From Podarcis melisellensis (Eukaryota), in NCBI GenBank assembly GCA_964234715.1, contig OZ174275.1: a DNA stretch of 64,000 bases. The stretch is one strand, 5' to 3'. The notes under the pieces were generated by a model. The model had not been told where the DNA came from and ran no database searches. It saw only the letters and a list, made by a program, of their open reading frames with translations. The translations under genes and the position numbers were made by a program. Positions 24,578-37,126 of this stretch are shown piece after piece; positions within the stretch are counted from its first letter, which is position 1, and every line of letters begins with the position of its first letter.

Positions 24578-24912
24578 CATAGAGTCATAGAGTTGCAAAG
24601 TACCCTGAGAGTCGTCTAGTCCAACTTCCTGCAATGCAGGAATCCATAACTAAAACATCCATGACAGATGGCCATCCAACCTCTGCTTAAAAACCTCCAA
24701 GGAAGAAGAGTCCACAACCTCCTGAGGGAGTCCATTCCACTGTTGAACAGCTTTTACTGTCAGAAAGTTCTTCCTGATGTATAGTCCTGATGTAACTTGA
24801 ATGCATTGGTTCAAGTCCTACCTTCCAGAGCTTGCTCCATCTTCCACATGACAGCTCTTTAGATATCTGAAGAAGGCTATTATATCTCCCCTCAGTGTCC
24901 TCTTTTCCAAAT
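24578..24912 (-). mobile_element. CR1 LINE 3' fragment
   Basis: CATAGAGTCATAGAGTTG...GTCTAGTCCAAC...CCTGCAATGCAGG...GATGGCCATCCAACCTCTGCTTAAAAACCTCCAAGGAAG; near-identical to 60505-60796. Confidence 0.88.
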
Positions 24913-24978
24913 GTCTCAAATATTCCTCATTAAGTAGACGAAGGCACCATCCAATTGTTCTGATGCTGGTGTACCATG

Positions 24979-25062
24979 GCTCACCCGGTCACAGGGATTC
25001 GAACCACTGTCCTTCTAATTGGCAAGCCCTAGGCTCTGTGGTTTAACCCACAGTGCCACCCC
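24979..25062 (-). mobile_element. Sauria SINE 5' head fragment
   Basis: GGATTCGAACC...GGCAAGCCCTAGGCTCTGTGGTTTAACCCACAGTGCCACC. Confidence 0.8.
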
Positions 25063-25114
25063 GAAAACAAATCCCAGTAACCTCTGAAGCAGTTAGGTTT
25101 AGTAAATGTAAATA

Positions 25115-25408
25115 AGGTAAAGGTAAAGGTACCCCTGCCCGTTCGGGCCAGTCTTGCCAGACTCTAGGGTTGTGCGCTCATCTCACTCTATAGGCCGGGA
25201 GCCAGCGCTGTCCGCAGACACTTCCGGGTCACGTGGCCAGCGTGACAAGCTGCATCTGGAGAGCCAGCGCAGCACACGGAACGCTGTTTACCTTCCCGCT
25301 GGGACCGAACGACGGGAGCGCACCCCACCGTGGGGATTCAAACCGCTGACTTTTCGATCGGCAAGTCCTAGGCACTGAGGCTTTTACCCACAGCGCCACC
25401 CGCGTCCC
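25115..25408 (-). mobile_element. Sauria SINE, young copy with internal deletion
   Basis: (AAAGGT)n tail and head ...CAGCGCCACCCGCGTCCC. 12-bp TSD TAAATGTAAATA (25103-25114, 25411-25422). Lacks the central segment present in 46999-47359. Confidence 0.93.
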
Positions 25409-27966
25409 TATAAATGTAAATAGGCTTTAATAATAATTAATGAATAGGATCAAGATCCAACAATCAATGTTTATTTTGCTTAATAAGTGGGGTCACAGTC
25501 TTTTAATTCTACTTTCCCTTTCTACACTGCTATCTGTGCAGAGCTAGACATGTTTTTAAAAAAGTTAAAATAAGTGATCTCTCAAACGATGTGCAGAGCA
25601 GCATAATGTTCTGGACAACAGTTATTTTATCCTATGTTTATTATGTTAATTTGCTGCAGATTTTCAGTATATCTGTAGCAAAGTGGATCATTATAAGAGC
25701 CTCTGCTCATCATGGAAAACATTTCTGTTTGTTTTTCATTATCTCTTTCTTGTAGCAGCTGATTTTTCAATATTCATAAAAATAAAAGGTCCATTGTGCA
25801 GTGTATTATACACTCCTGCCAGAATCTGCTTAGTTTCCCCTCTGAAAGCTGAGCGAATCCTGCTTAGCATTATATGGCTGTCCTTAGCTCTCTTTTTAGC
25901 GGTGGCTGCCAAACCATTTGGAATTACTTGCTGTCTTTGTAACTTACACAAATGCCTGCTGGGGGCTGAGATTAATACCAATTCACAGTGTATAACCTTT
26001 CCCACCTGCTCTCACTTTTACTATTAGGATTGCCTTTTCCTGGGAGGAACAGTAAAAGAGGGTGATTTTCCTTGTTAAAGGTTGTCCTGGTTAAAGGATA
26101 TTCTTTCAGCACCATTCCATAGTTTCTTGTTTTCTTTCTCTCCTTTGTTGATCCAGCTGTCTTTACAAGTTCCAAGTGTTGCCTTGTTAGATTAAAGCAG
26201 ACTGAACTGAAGGGGGGGGGGAGAGAGAGACCTAAATGCAAGCATCCCTGCAAGTGTTGCCAGTTCTCATTCACTCTGACTTGAGCAAGCCTATGCCTAG
26301 AGATATCCACCATGAATTGGGCCGAAAAGGTGGCTTGAGAATAGCCTGTTTTCCGTGGAGTATAAAGAGAGGAATAATTTCCACTAGCCATTAATTGTCC
26401 CTTCTAAGATCTTGTGCACCACTCTTCAGCTCCTCCTATTCAGGAACTGTGACAGGTGTTTAATAATGAATAGTGAAGTGTTAAATTGTATGTATATGAA
26501 GTCATTTTTCCTGATCACCGAAATTCTCCCCCAAAAAACCCTTTAGCAGCTGCACGTTAAATTCTGCAGGTTATGCCGCCAGAAAAGAATAATTCCCATA
26601 GAGCCATTCATGTATCAATTTAAATGCATTTGTCTGTGTGATGGAATAAAGCAGCTACTCTGTGAATGAAAAGCAGAGGAAAAGAATAATTCATCTAACC
26701 TTCACAATGGAAGAAAGTGGATGAGAATATGGTAATTATCTCAATGAAGTTTGACTGGGGCTCTAGTTTCATTACTCATGGAGGAAGCTGTGATTTCTTT
26801 TATAAATATAATCGTTTAGAACCATTCTCTTCTTCTTTCGGTTAAGCAAATAATAAAGTGCTTCAAGGAACTTTATGACAGTTTTGTTTTCATAGATGAT
26901 GGGAGAGAATCAGGGAAGCATGTGCTTTCTTTCTAAGAAAATGTGGGGTCAAATCTAAAAACAACATTCCGTCCCCTAATCCGATAATGATTGGGTCTTT
27001 CCTAGGCCTGCTCGCAAGATATAGGTGTGGTTATTGAAATGCATGGAATGGAGGGCAGGATTGCATCCACACATCCTGCTCCCAACCTCTGTACATGCAG
27101 CTGCGGGTACAGACAGAGGCTGGATCTAAACACATCAAAGAAGTGCTTCAGTCAAACGCGTTGTCAACTTTGTATGAAAAATCAGATTGGCAAAAACGCA
27201 ACTCCACAGCACCATCTGGTGTCACAATGTTAGAATGCATATACAACACATATAAAGTGCTTTTTCTTTGCCAATGTAGATGAGTCCAGAGCCTGTGCAT
27301 GTATGAACATGCATGCAATTGGGAATGCTGTCATTTTTAGTATTCCCTTTTGCCTGCAGGCTGTGTTCACACTAGCTAGCGTGATCTTGCTGCAATCTCC
27401 TACTCCACACGCTCAGAAAACATATCTCTTGTGAGCAGGGCTTCTCTAGTTACACAGCAGCTGGTTTAATATGTTATCTGGTAAAATTTACACACCGCTT
27501 GAGTGTAAAAAAAAATTCTCAAAGCAGTTTATAAAAAGATAACAATGAAATAGAGAAAAATTAACAACCATACTGTAAACATACAACAATTAAAATGTTA
27601 AAACAGATTAAAATTAGCATAACTTTCTAAACATATGGGTAGATGTTATAGAGAAATAAGCTGAGTGTCACCAGCATACTGATGGCGCTCCAAAACTCCT
27701 AATGTCCACTCCCAACAGCTTCGTAGAAGAAGATGCCAAGGACCACTTTATTCTAATTCCATATTTTTTTCAGGGTTAAAATCACATGAGCAGAAATGAG
27801 CCTTGGTGACCTCTTGCACAAAGTACACATTGAAGGCTACATGTCAAGCAGATCCAGGGATGTTATGTGGCAGAGGCAGCTTGTCTTGTTTTGCCACCGA
27901 GGCAAAACAGGAAGGAGCTGTCATTTGCCTGCTCCCTCTTGCCACTGCCACTGCAGCCTCGCTTAC

Positions 27967-28103
27967 CACAATATCATGAGGCTTTCATGAGATCTCCCCC
28001 AAACCCAACAGAACCAATTCTCCTTGCTTCTCTGGCGGCAGCCAAAGGGCTTTGGTTTTTGCTTTGTTCCTGTTCCTTTTGTACAGAGGCTTAGATTTTC
28101 CAT
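27967..28103 (-). CDS. Candidate coding first exon (MENLSLCTKGTGTKQKPKPFGCRQRSKENWFCWVWGRSHESLMIL, phase-2 donor), gene not identified
   Basis: Strong Kozak AAAATGG, open frame to donor GTG|GTAAGC, TATA and GC boxes upstream. No homology recognised. Confidence 0.3.
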
Positions 28104-28146
28104 TTTCCCACTGAATCTTCATCTCTTCCCCCTCCCATTTGTAAAG

Positions 28147-28226
28147 CTTATCTAATCAGTTTTTATAATCGTGCCATCTGAACCAGGAGCGGGGGTGGTT
28201 ACAGCAATAAAATGGTGAGGCGGGGA
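28147..28226 (-). promoter_or_regulatory. Candidate TATA promoter
   Basis: Minus strand: GC-box-like CCCCGCCTC (about 28217-28225) and CCCCCGCTCC (about 28186-28195), TATAAAAA (28160-28167), AGATAAG GATA site (28147-28153). Confidence 0.35.
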
Positions 28227-28744
28227 GACCATGCCATTATTCCTATCCAGGCTGGGAATCCTTGTGGCTTCTTATTGTAAAAGCAAAAAAAGAGTTTCCC
28301 TCACAAAATTTTGATGTCACATCTAGCGTGACCCTTGACAATGCTGCTTTAAGTGCATATATTGAAGCTTGCTCCATTTTCTTTGTTCCTGCATAGATAG
28401 GTACCTTCCCTTTGTTCTTCACTTGGAAATAACACTGGACAAAAATGAAACGTACACTGAAGAAAGGCCTGAGGATAGCATGTCCTCAGCCCAGAACAAA
28501 TGGAGGAAATTTCTCAATAAAACTATCATAATTTGCTTTATAACAGAGTTTCCAGACTGGCTTTCTGGCTTGGCTTTTCTCTCATGCCTTTACCTTAACT
28601 TTCTTTCTCTTGGTTTAAAACAAACAAACAAACCCAAAACCAATCAATGTCTCAAATCTACTTACAGCTTGTTATCTGACTGGTTGAAGTCCTTACTCTA
28701 GGATAGTGCTATTACAGTTCCAATTTCATTAGACCACTCCCCTT

Positions 28745-29060
28745 CTCCAGTGGGTGGCACTGTGGACGTGCATCTGGGATCTCCCAGTGACCCGGCAGTG
28801 GGCAGAGGGAATGCTGCCCATGTCATTAGGACTCCCAGCTGAGTCACTCCCCCCAGCCAACCAATCAGGTTAGCCAGGGGGCATGGTCAATGCTGTTTAA
28901 ACTGGCTGAGGGCAACCTCCATTTGCCTTCTTGTTGCAGCTCTTTGCTGTAGTCATCGCCTTTGTTCACTGCTCTCAAGCAGCCACTTTGCCCAGGCTCC
29001 ATCAGCTACAAGGCAGCTATAATCCCCGCGCCCACGAGATCAACTGTGAAGCAGCTCCTC
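28745..29060 (+). mobile_element. Possible DIRS/Ngaro- or LTR-type terminal repeat relic
   Basis: CCAATCAG, TTTAAA TATA-like box, GCTCTTTG and CCCGCGCCCAC in terminal-repeat order; no termini or TSD found. Confidence 0.25.
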
Positions 29061-29437
29061 TGTCCTCGCATTTGTCTTATCGGAGAGCTTGTGTACTAGC
29101 AAAGCACAGCATGGTCAAGGGCTGGAGAGTGCCATTAAAGTTCCAATATCATTAACAGATTTTCTGCAGTTCTTCAATATAGTTCGTTCAAGCACTCTGC
29201 TTTAAGAATAGCTACCCAACTTTAAGCATTCACTTTATACATGAAAGAGAATGTGCCTTTTGCAATATTTGCACACATACATTTCCCACCACTCCAAAGC
29301 GGGGGGGGGGGGATGCATTTTCTATAATTTGAGTCAGTATCATTATTATAAAGACAAGATGGGGATACTGCAGTAGCCATAGCAACAGAATCAGGGGAAG
29401 GAAGAAGAGAATGGCTAAGATCTCTCTCTGTGTGTGT

Positions 29438-29572
29438 CAGGGCTTTTTTCAGCCAGAACTCACTGGAACTCAGTTCCAGCACCTCTCAGGTGGCCACCAT
29501 TACTATTATAAGACAACAAGGGGGATGTTCATGGTGAGTTCCAGCACTTCTTTTTCTAGAAAAATAGCACGT
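29438..29572. mobile_element. hAT-type MITE
   Basis: CAGGGCTTTTTTC ... GAAAAATAGCAC ends; near 8-bp TSD GTGTGTGT/GTATGTGT; duplicated internal AGTTCCAGCAC. Confidence 0.6.
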
Positions 29573-30793
29573 GTATGTGTGTGTAGACAGACAGAGGGGA
29601 AGAGAGAGAGATGTATGAGAGAGGATACGATATTAGAAAAGCCATCCAGACAATTCTAAAACAGCAAGTAATATAATCTGTTGGTCAATTATTGCTCATA
29701 TCTCATTTTTATAGTAATTTTGATCCAGAGTTGCACTAAGTGACATAACAAAGGCTGCCCCCTATAGGCAGAGGCACGGAGGCAATTTTCACCAATTCCT
29801 TATTCTTGCTGGATTCCCCTATGCTCCCCTGTCTGCTCCCAGAAATTGAATGACCCTCAGAACACCACAGGTGAGTATACTAGGCAGGGTCAGTCCACCC
29901 ATGAGACAAGGTGAGGCGCTCACTTCAGGAGGCAGGATCCATAGTGGCAGCAAATCTGGCCTACAAAGGAATGCATCACCAGCTGCTGTTGCCACAGTGG
30001 CAGTAATGGGGACCAGATCTGCTGCCTCCTCAGCAGCCCCCTGCCCAATGCTGCCTCTACAGCAGCCTCTTGGTGAATAGGAGGCACTGCTGGTACCCTC
30101 CTAGGGAAGAAATAGTGGAGGCTGCCCTCTGGGATCTCTCTTCAAGTATCCCTGCTGCTAAGGAAACATTTCTAGAATTGTGCTGTTGTTAAGCATGTCA
30201 CAGCAAAAGAAACAGAGCAGTATGAAGTTGTGATGACATCAGGTTTGTGTACCACATTCAAAAAAGTAAAAACGCTAATTAATTCAAGCTATCTGCTTTG
30301 TGTATATAAAGCCTTTAAAAAGGCCAGGCATGGGACCCTAATTAAAATCTATTAAAAACAGTAAAAAATATAGGAGACAATTATGACAACATACTAATAT
30401 ATTTTCAAGAGAGCTGAAACTAACAGAAGCTTTAGGTGCATAATACTTCTTTGTCTATCGGTGAAAACCACCCTCTGTTAACGCCTTTTGTTTTAAGAAC
30501 AACTAGAATGAAAATGCTAGACTTCCATGCAGCACATTCTGATCAATGAGCCAAATAATGAAATTCTATTAGCCTTATATAGTAGCAATAACAGAGGGGC
30601 CGAGCAATCTAAAACCTGGCTGGGCAGTGGCAGGGACAGTCCCATCATTTGTACCAGCCAGAGAATCAGAGGGTAGAAAAAAGACTGTTTAGATTTGCCA
30701 AATTCGTGGCCTAAAATTTTGTTGTATATTAAAGCTTTCAAACAACCAGTTCCCAAAGGTTTTCAGTAAAGGAAATTGGAGAAAAACGTTTAC

Positions 30794-30842
30794 CTTGTGG
30801 TAGGTCACAAGAGACGGTTGAACAAATTCCAACTGGACTCAT
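30794..30842 (-). other. Candidate 3' end of another first exon (MSPVGICSTVSCDLPQ, phase-1 donor)
   Basis: ACTATGA start with an upstream in-frame stop and donor AAG|GTAAAC. No good acceptor upstream, consistent with a first exon. Lies in a repeat-free block. Confidence 0.22.
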
Positions 30843-31894
30843 AGTTTCACTGGAACCAAGTGTTAAAAAACTTCAACAAGTTAAAAGTTTATCTACAGTA
30901 GTCTTTATTTTAAGTGGTTTGGTCCTTTGGGTTTTGAAAAAGAAATCTCCGTATGTAATACAATCACCAAATGTTGCTCTTAAGAAAATAGCAATTGGTT
31001 CAATTTAGCAGTAGGAAGTGTGGCTAATGTGCACCTCACCTTCTGCTACAGTCGAAGCAAACAGGGCAGTGATTCCAAATGGCTCTTTGATTAATGAGCG
31101 CTAAAACTTCATGATTCCTTTACTTGGGTGAACAGCTTTAGTGAAAACAGCAGTCTGCAGGACCTCAAAAGCAGCTGGATTTCATTGATTAAGAATGAAA
31201 TAATAAAGTATTAATTTTACTAAACACAAATCCATCAAATAGCAGATCCCTAATGATGGGGGCAGGGGATGTTGGGAATCTGCACCTGGTTTTTCAACTG
31301 CTAACATAATTTACAGCTGCATAATTTATATTAGAAAAATGATATTCAGAGTAGCTATCAAAGATAAACATATATTGCAGAAGGGTTCTTCCTTCTATTT
31401 TGGAAGGTTTGACTATTATTTGGGTAATGAAACGACGACAGAATGGTCATCAGTGTTTCGGAAGGTGGACATGAAAGACCAGCAAAGAAGACCAGAAGGG
31501 AAATAACATTTGTCTCGATATGTCTGATTATTGCATTCAGTGGAAAAATTAAGCCACATTTATGATGAGGTAAATGTTTTCCTGTAACTTCAGATAAATA
31601 AGTTTGTCTTATTGGATAAGTGTTAGCCAAATTTATGGACAACTGTAAAAAAAACCATATTTTAGATTCCAGGTGAAGAGGCAGTCCTGATATTTCACAC
31701 TTTAATCCAACCTCTTAAATGTACACTTGACTAACGAGGCTCAGTATATCAACCGAATGGGCATGGGGGGGGGCGGGGAGAGAGAGAGACTCATACATCA
31801 GAAATTGCCATGAGTTTTCCTATTCAATATGTATATACATTTTCAAAATACAAAGAGCAAAGAAAGCCATATTTGTCAGGGGCAGTGGGGTGGG

Positions 31895-32040
31895 AGATGA
31901 GCTATTTATAAAGCAAGAATCTGAACACAGGACAGGAAAACTAACGAGTGTTTGTTTACGTGAAGGTTCAAGCAGCTTCAGTTGGGTTCTCAGCTCCAAA
32001 GTAGAGGATATACAAATACAGTATGTCTCTGGCAACTCAA
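31895..32040. promoter_or_regulatory. MEF2/TATA plus forkhead motif cluster
   Basis: CTATTTATAA (31902-31911) fits the MEF2 consensus YTAWWWWTAR. TGTTTAC (31953-31959) is a FOX site. CTGGCAAC near 32030 is an RFX/NFI half site. Confidence 0.35.
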
Positions 32041-32273
32041 TTCCTAACTGCAAACAACAGGGAAGAATAAGGACCCACCCTCTGCCTGCGTAAAAACTCT
32101 CTCTCTTGGCTCTCCTCCTCCCAGGCCCACCCCAGCCTCTACCTGCATCCCATGATAACTCTTGCTCTCCCTCTCGGCTCTCCTCCTCCCACTGAGTCCA
32201 CCCTCTGCCTGCACATTTTTGAGAAGGAGCGCAAATATGTGAAAAAAGGTGCCCTGTTTAAAGTCCACACAGG

Positions 32274-32401
32274 NNNNNNNNNNNNNNNNNNNNNNNNNNN
32301 NNNNNNNNNNNNNNNNNNNNNNNNNNNNNNNNNNNNNNNNNNNNNNNNNNNNNNNNNNNNNNNNNNNNNNNNNNNNNNNNNNNNNNNNNNNNNNNNNNNN
32401 N
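32274..32401. other. Assembly gap (128 N)
   Basis: Run of N. Confidence 1.
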
Positions 32402-33236
32402 NTAGGGATAAGTGGCAACCCTAGCTATGGATCATCTACTTAGAATAATTCAGACCCTTAATCAGCATTTATACTTGGTTTTAACATTTCAGGCCTTAAA
32501 TGGTCTTAAATAAATGATAGGAGGTGACTATAGTGCCGGATTATGAACCTGTCATTTCCCACATTTATATTTATGCTAGAAGCTAGAATGGTTTTTTCTT
32601 TTTATCTAGACCGATGCCCAAGTGACGCTGTCATTACCTTTTGTCCTGGTATAAAAATGCTGCATATTTATCAAAAGCAGGCACCACAAGGAATATGGAT
32701 AGATACACACATACAGATAGACAGAGATACACAGACAAACAAAATCAGAGGGTGAAATAGAGCAAAGTTTCTTTAAAAACACTCCCTCCCCCAGCAGCAG
32801 TTTGTTCTTTTTAAGAGCAAATGAAACTGCAGACATTAAAATTAAATCAGAGCAATTTCATGAAAGGAACAAAAAATGTCAAGACCAGTGAAACACATGC
32901 ATAACTACATAATGAAGAATCCAAAAGGAAAATTGGCTAGGAAAAAAAGAACATATGTGAGAAAAGACTATTCTTGAAGTCTACTGTGCAGTAACTATCT
33001 CAAAGCCTTAAAAATATATGAAATGAATTATCACCCTCTACTCACTTCATACCACTTATAATGAACATCAGGGAAGGGCTTTTTCTAATGCAAGAAAATT
33101 CTATCCATCCATCCCTATTATGAGGCTCATTCATCTGAGGTACAAATCATTTTCATTTCTGATTTTGAGAGCTTCATAGGGGAGGATTGCTTATTCATTT
33201 AAAGCAGATTCAAAGAATATCCCATATGTTATAGTA

Positions 33237-33462
33237 CAGTGGTACCTCGGGTTACATACGCTTCAGGTTACAGACTCTGCTAACCCAGAAATAGTGCTTC
33301 AGGTTAAGAACTTTGCTTCAGGATGAGAACAGAAATCGTGCTCCGGTGGCATGGCAGCAGCAGGAGGCCCCATTACCTAAAGTGGTGCTTCAGGTTAAGA
33401 ACAGTTTCAGGTTAAGAACGGACCTCCGGAATGAATTAAGTACTTAACCCAAGGTACCACTG
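33237..33462 (+). mobile_element. Tc1/mariner (Tigger/pogo-like) MITE
   Basis: TA|CAGTGGTACCTCGGGTTA...TAACCCAAGGTACCACTG|TA with repeated CTTCAGGTTA sub-terminal motifs. Confidence 0.93.
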
Positions 33463-33886
33463 TAGTTCATGACAAATTTTAGAACTGGGGCAGTTTCAAA
33501 ATCACAGGTACAATATGAGTGCCCCTAAACCACAGTTGGGCCAGGTTAGTCAAGACGTTGTCACTAGGCAGCTGTTCCTACAACTGCCCGGCCTTTTCAA
33601 ACAAACCTAACTTTTGAAGGGCAGGGAGATGGCCAGCAGAAAGGAACTTGTAGGCCTCATTCCTAAGGCCTGTGTACTCCCGAGGGTTTTGTTTTGTTTT
33701 GTTTGTTACTGGGATACATGGAAATGTAGTTAAGTCACATCCCTATCCACTGCACAGACTTTAAGAATGAAACATACAAGGCCAATAAATGTCATGAGCC
33801 AGCCTTGTCCACCACCAGTCCCCCGCTCCCTGGCCAAGATCAGTCTCCTTGGGAAGGCTGAGACTGGATGAGGGCAACCGCCCTTG

Positions 33887-34567
33887 CAGACCCTCCAAGT
33901 GTCACTATTTTCCAGAACATGGCTGGATCTACAGAAGCCATCCCAGTTTCTGATTTGATATTGGATTTGATATTGGAATGTCTCGCTTTTCCTTTGGACG
34001 TCCCTATTATCGGAGAAATGTTGGAGGGTAATTGAGTTATGCGACCCTGAGCCAAGAAGATAAGTAACTATACAAGCTTTAAAGGTAAAGGGACCCCTGA
34101 CAATTAAGTCCAGCCGCGAACGACTCTGGAGTTGCAGTGCTCATCTTGCTCTATAGGCTGAGGGAGCCAGTGTCTGCTTTCCGGGTCACGAGCAGTGCAC
34201 GGAAATGCCGTTTACCTTCCCGCTGGAGTGGTACCTATTTATCTACTTGAATTGCGTGCTATCGAACTGCTAGGTTGGCAGGAACAGGGACCGAACAACG
34301 GGAACTCACCCCGTCATGGGGATTCAAACCGCCAACCTTTTGATTGGCAAGCCCAAGCTGCACAGTAGTTTAACCCACAGCGCCACCTGCCAACCTTTGG
34401 AAGACATCTAAAGGCAGTTTTTTAAATGTTTTATTATGCTTTTATATATGTCGGAAGTCACCCAGAGTGGCTGGGGTAACCAAGTCAGATGGGCAGGGTA
34501 TAAATAATAAAAATTATTATGAAATAGGATGTCCCTATTTTCATTGGAAAAAATGTTGGAACGTATG
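33887..34567. mobile_element. hAT(Blackjack)-like element with two right ends enclosing an L2 3' tail
   Basis: Left CAGACCCTCCAA. Right end GGA(C/T)GTCCCTATT...AATGTTGGA(GG/AC)GTA at 33996-34030 and 34527-34567. The sequence between them (34051-34520) matches the L2 tail at 20231-20420. TSD not found. Confidence 0.6.
34081..34390 (-). mobile_element. Sauria SINE nested in the L2 tail
   Basis: AAAGGTAAAGGGACCCC tail, head ...CACAGCGCCACCTGC, near-TSD CAAGCTTT/CAACCTTT. Confidence 0.9.
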
Positions 34568-37003
34568 TGATGATGAATCACAGTAAATCATAATAATGCC
34601 CTCACCCCTGTGTGAATTTCAGTGCCAAAAGCTGAACATTTCCTCCCCCCCCCCCCCGTCCCCCCGGATTCATAGACATTATGCACAAGACATCTCTAGT
34701 CAATGAATCTTCAGTCAGATCTAGTTCAACCAAGATGTAGCATGAATATTAAGACAAGAGATGGATGAGGTTTGCCTTCCTCATGGAATTGCTGAGTTTA
34801 TTTGCCCCCATCCACGCATGCACCCCCCAAAAAAACTCCCACTGCAGTAGCCTTTGGAAAATACGCAACTCTCGGTGACTACCAGCTCTTTTTGCACACT
34901 TAAAGAGGAAGGGATGGGGGAGGTCTCTTCTTCCCTTTTTAATGCCACCGCTGCTGTGGTCCAAGTCCAATAAGCAGGTGTTTTCAAGAGAAGGACCAGT
35001 TCCAGACACACCATGTATTCTGTCTCTTCTGATGCCCCAACCCCATAATGCATATCAACTAGATAGATCCACACATTTGGGGAAATGGGGCATCTGAAAA
35101 CAACTCCAGCCTCAGATTACTCTGGCAGAGGATGAGTAAATCACAGATTATTCAGAATGTGATCTTATACAGATTCCCTATAGAAAAGAATTCTTGATGG
35201 TGTGGGCTTATTGACGCTGCTGTGCTGTTCTTATAAATTAGACCAGGTGAAAAACATTGGGGCTATTTCACCTCTGAGGCAAGTTGACATGATTCAGTGG
35301 AGCTCCAAATTACAGCAATGAAAAGTGATTCCACATGTGTAACTTTCAGGTTAAATTTACAATGCTATAAAGGAGATTTTTAATAATATAAATAAACTTA
35401 AATCCCTCAACCTGCTGTTTTTTGGCCAGGGGGAATGAAGCCCAATTCATTTTCAATGCCATCCAGAGTACATAGCCCCTCAGCAAAGGCACTCTGGGTA
35501 ACTTTAAACTTTTTTTATCTTTTGAAGTATTTGAGTCTGTTACTAAAATGTTTAGATAATTTATCACCATCTTCACTTGGGAGAGATACTGCCTAAGAAA
35601 AACTGAGGAGAAGCCAAGAGGGATTGTTGAATCTCACAAAACTAGCATTTAGCAGAGAACTGCTAAAGAATTTACAGTCAAGATGGATTGGCAAAAACTT
35701 TCCTCCATTCAGGCAGGCATGAGTTGAATTGGTTCCATGTGCTTATTTTTTGGTAACTGCATTTCTAGATACCATGTCAGTGAGAAGCACCTGCTTGTCT
35801 TGACCACCCAGAGCAACCCAGAAGAAATCCAATATCATCTAATTTGTCCAGTAATCTAGATCAGATGGGGGAAATAGCTGCAAATTACTGATAAGGAGGG
35901 ACTTACTTTGCATTGTTCAATATCAGTTACCTCTCTACACAACAGCAAGTATACTACTCTCCCCCCTCTCTATATATAATTTACAGGGGTAGCCGATGTG
36001 GTATCATGCCTGTGTTGTTGGACTACATATCCCATTATTCCTGATCAACGGCCATGGGGACTGGGGCTGCCAGGAGTTGGAGGAAGATTCCCTACCCCTT
36101 CTATTTAGCAATTATGTAAGGGAAGAGGAAGAGACTCCTACTAACAATAGAAGAAGAATGACCGCCATGTCCTATGGAGGAAGGAGAAAACCATATCCTT
36201 TAAGTATAGATGGGATGGGGAGAGCACAAAAAATACAAGCATTGAATTTAAATGACAGATAAACCCATAGCATGCTCCCAAGGTGGTTGGAATGGCATGG
36301 AGGTTTCTGTTCATGTATATGACGGAAAGCAAGGTATCTATTAGTATTCTAAGTAGATGAGTGTTAGAAATGTGGCCAAATTCTTAGGAGTGTCCTGGAT
36401 ACAGGCTGTTTGTACAAAGTGCTCTTTTCTGTGCAAAGTACCCTTTCACCTTGTTTATCATTACTAGAATTCCTCATCCTGAGCGCTAAGTTTGCATGGC
36501 ATAGGGACAGAGAGCTATAGATGTATGCTACAAACCCCATCAACTTAGTATTGGTCTTCTTGTGTGAGGTTCATATAGTGGTGGTGCTGTACTGTGACTG
36601 GATCTCAACGTACACCGTGTTCCATGCTCTCTAGTGACAATGTGGGCAGTTGAAGGAAAGCAAAGGAAATTACTTGGAGCAGGGCCAGTGTAAAGTTGTG
36701 CTATCAGAGAGAGCATGACACAACTCTGTCCTGTTTTAACGGAGTGTTGTGTCAGAGGATCAGTTCTTCTGGAATTCTATCAGTGAGACATCCGTCAAAT
36801 CTTTTATCTCATCAGCTGACAGAACCTGATCATAGTATTCTGTCCTTAGAACAAAATCCTAAATACAACCCTCAGAATGAAGCTTATTATGAGTAAAGAT
36901 GTATAGGATTCTGCTGTACCAGAAGGATGTTTCATAGGCCACAGTATGCTAGATCAATGGAAAAAGAAATGTGTGCTATTAAAGCACTTTTCTTATCATT
37001 CAG

Positions 37004-37126
37004 CCATTATCTCACTGATGTGTCATGGAGCTGGATGAGAATTTAGATTCAGCTCCTACCTTTTAGTAAAACCTGCAGTTTCAGTAACTTTACCATTATC
37101 TTTGTTAAAGCTCTGGCATCTTCCAG
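37004..37126 (+). other. Candidate exon (probably non-coding)
   Basis: ttttcttatcattcAG acceptor; consensus donor CAG|GTAAGT. Confidence 0.25.

Noticed and set aside
32044-32443. ORFs spanning N runs (also 58443-58694)
   Set aside because: Artefacts of assembly gaps.
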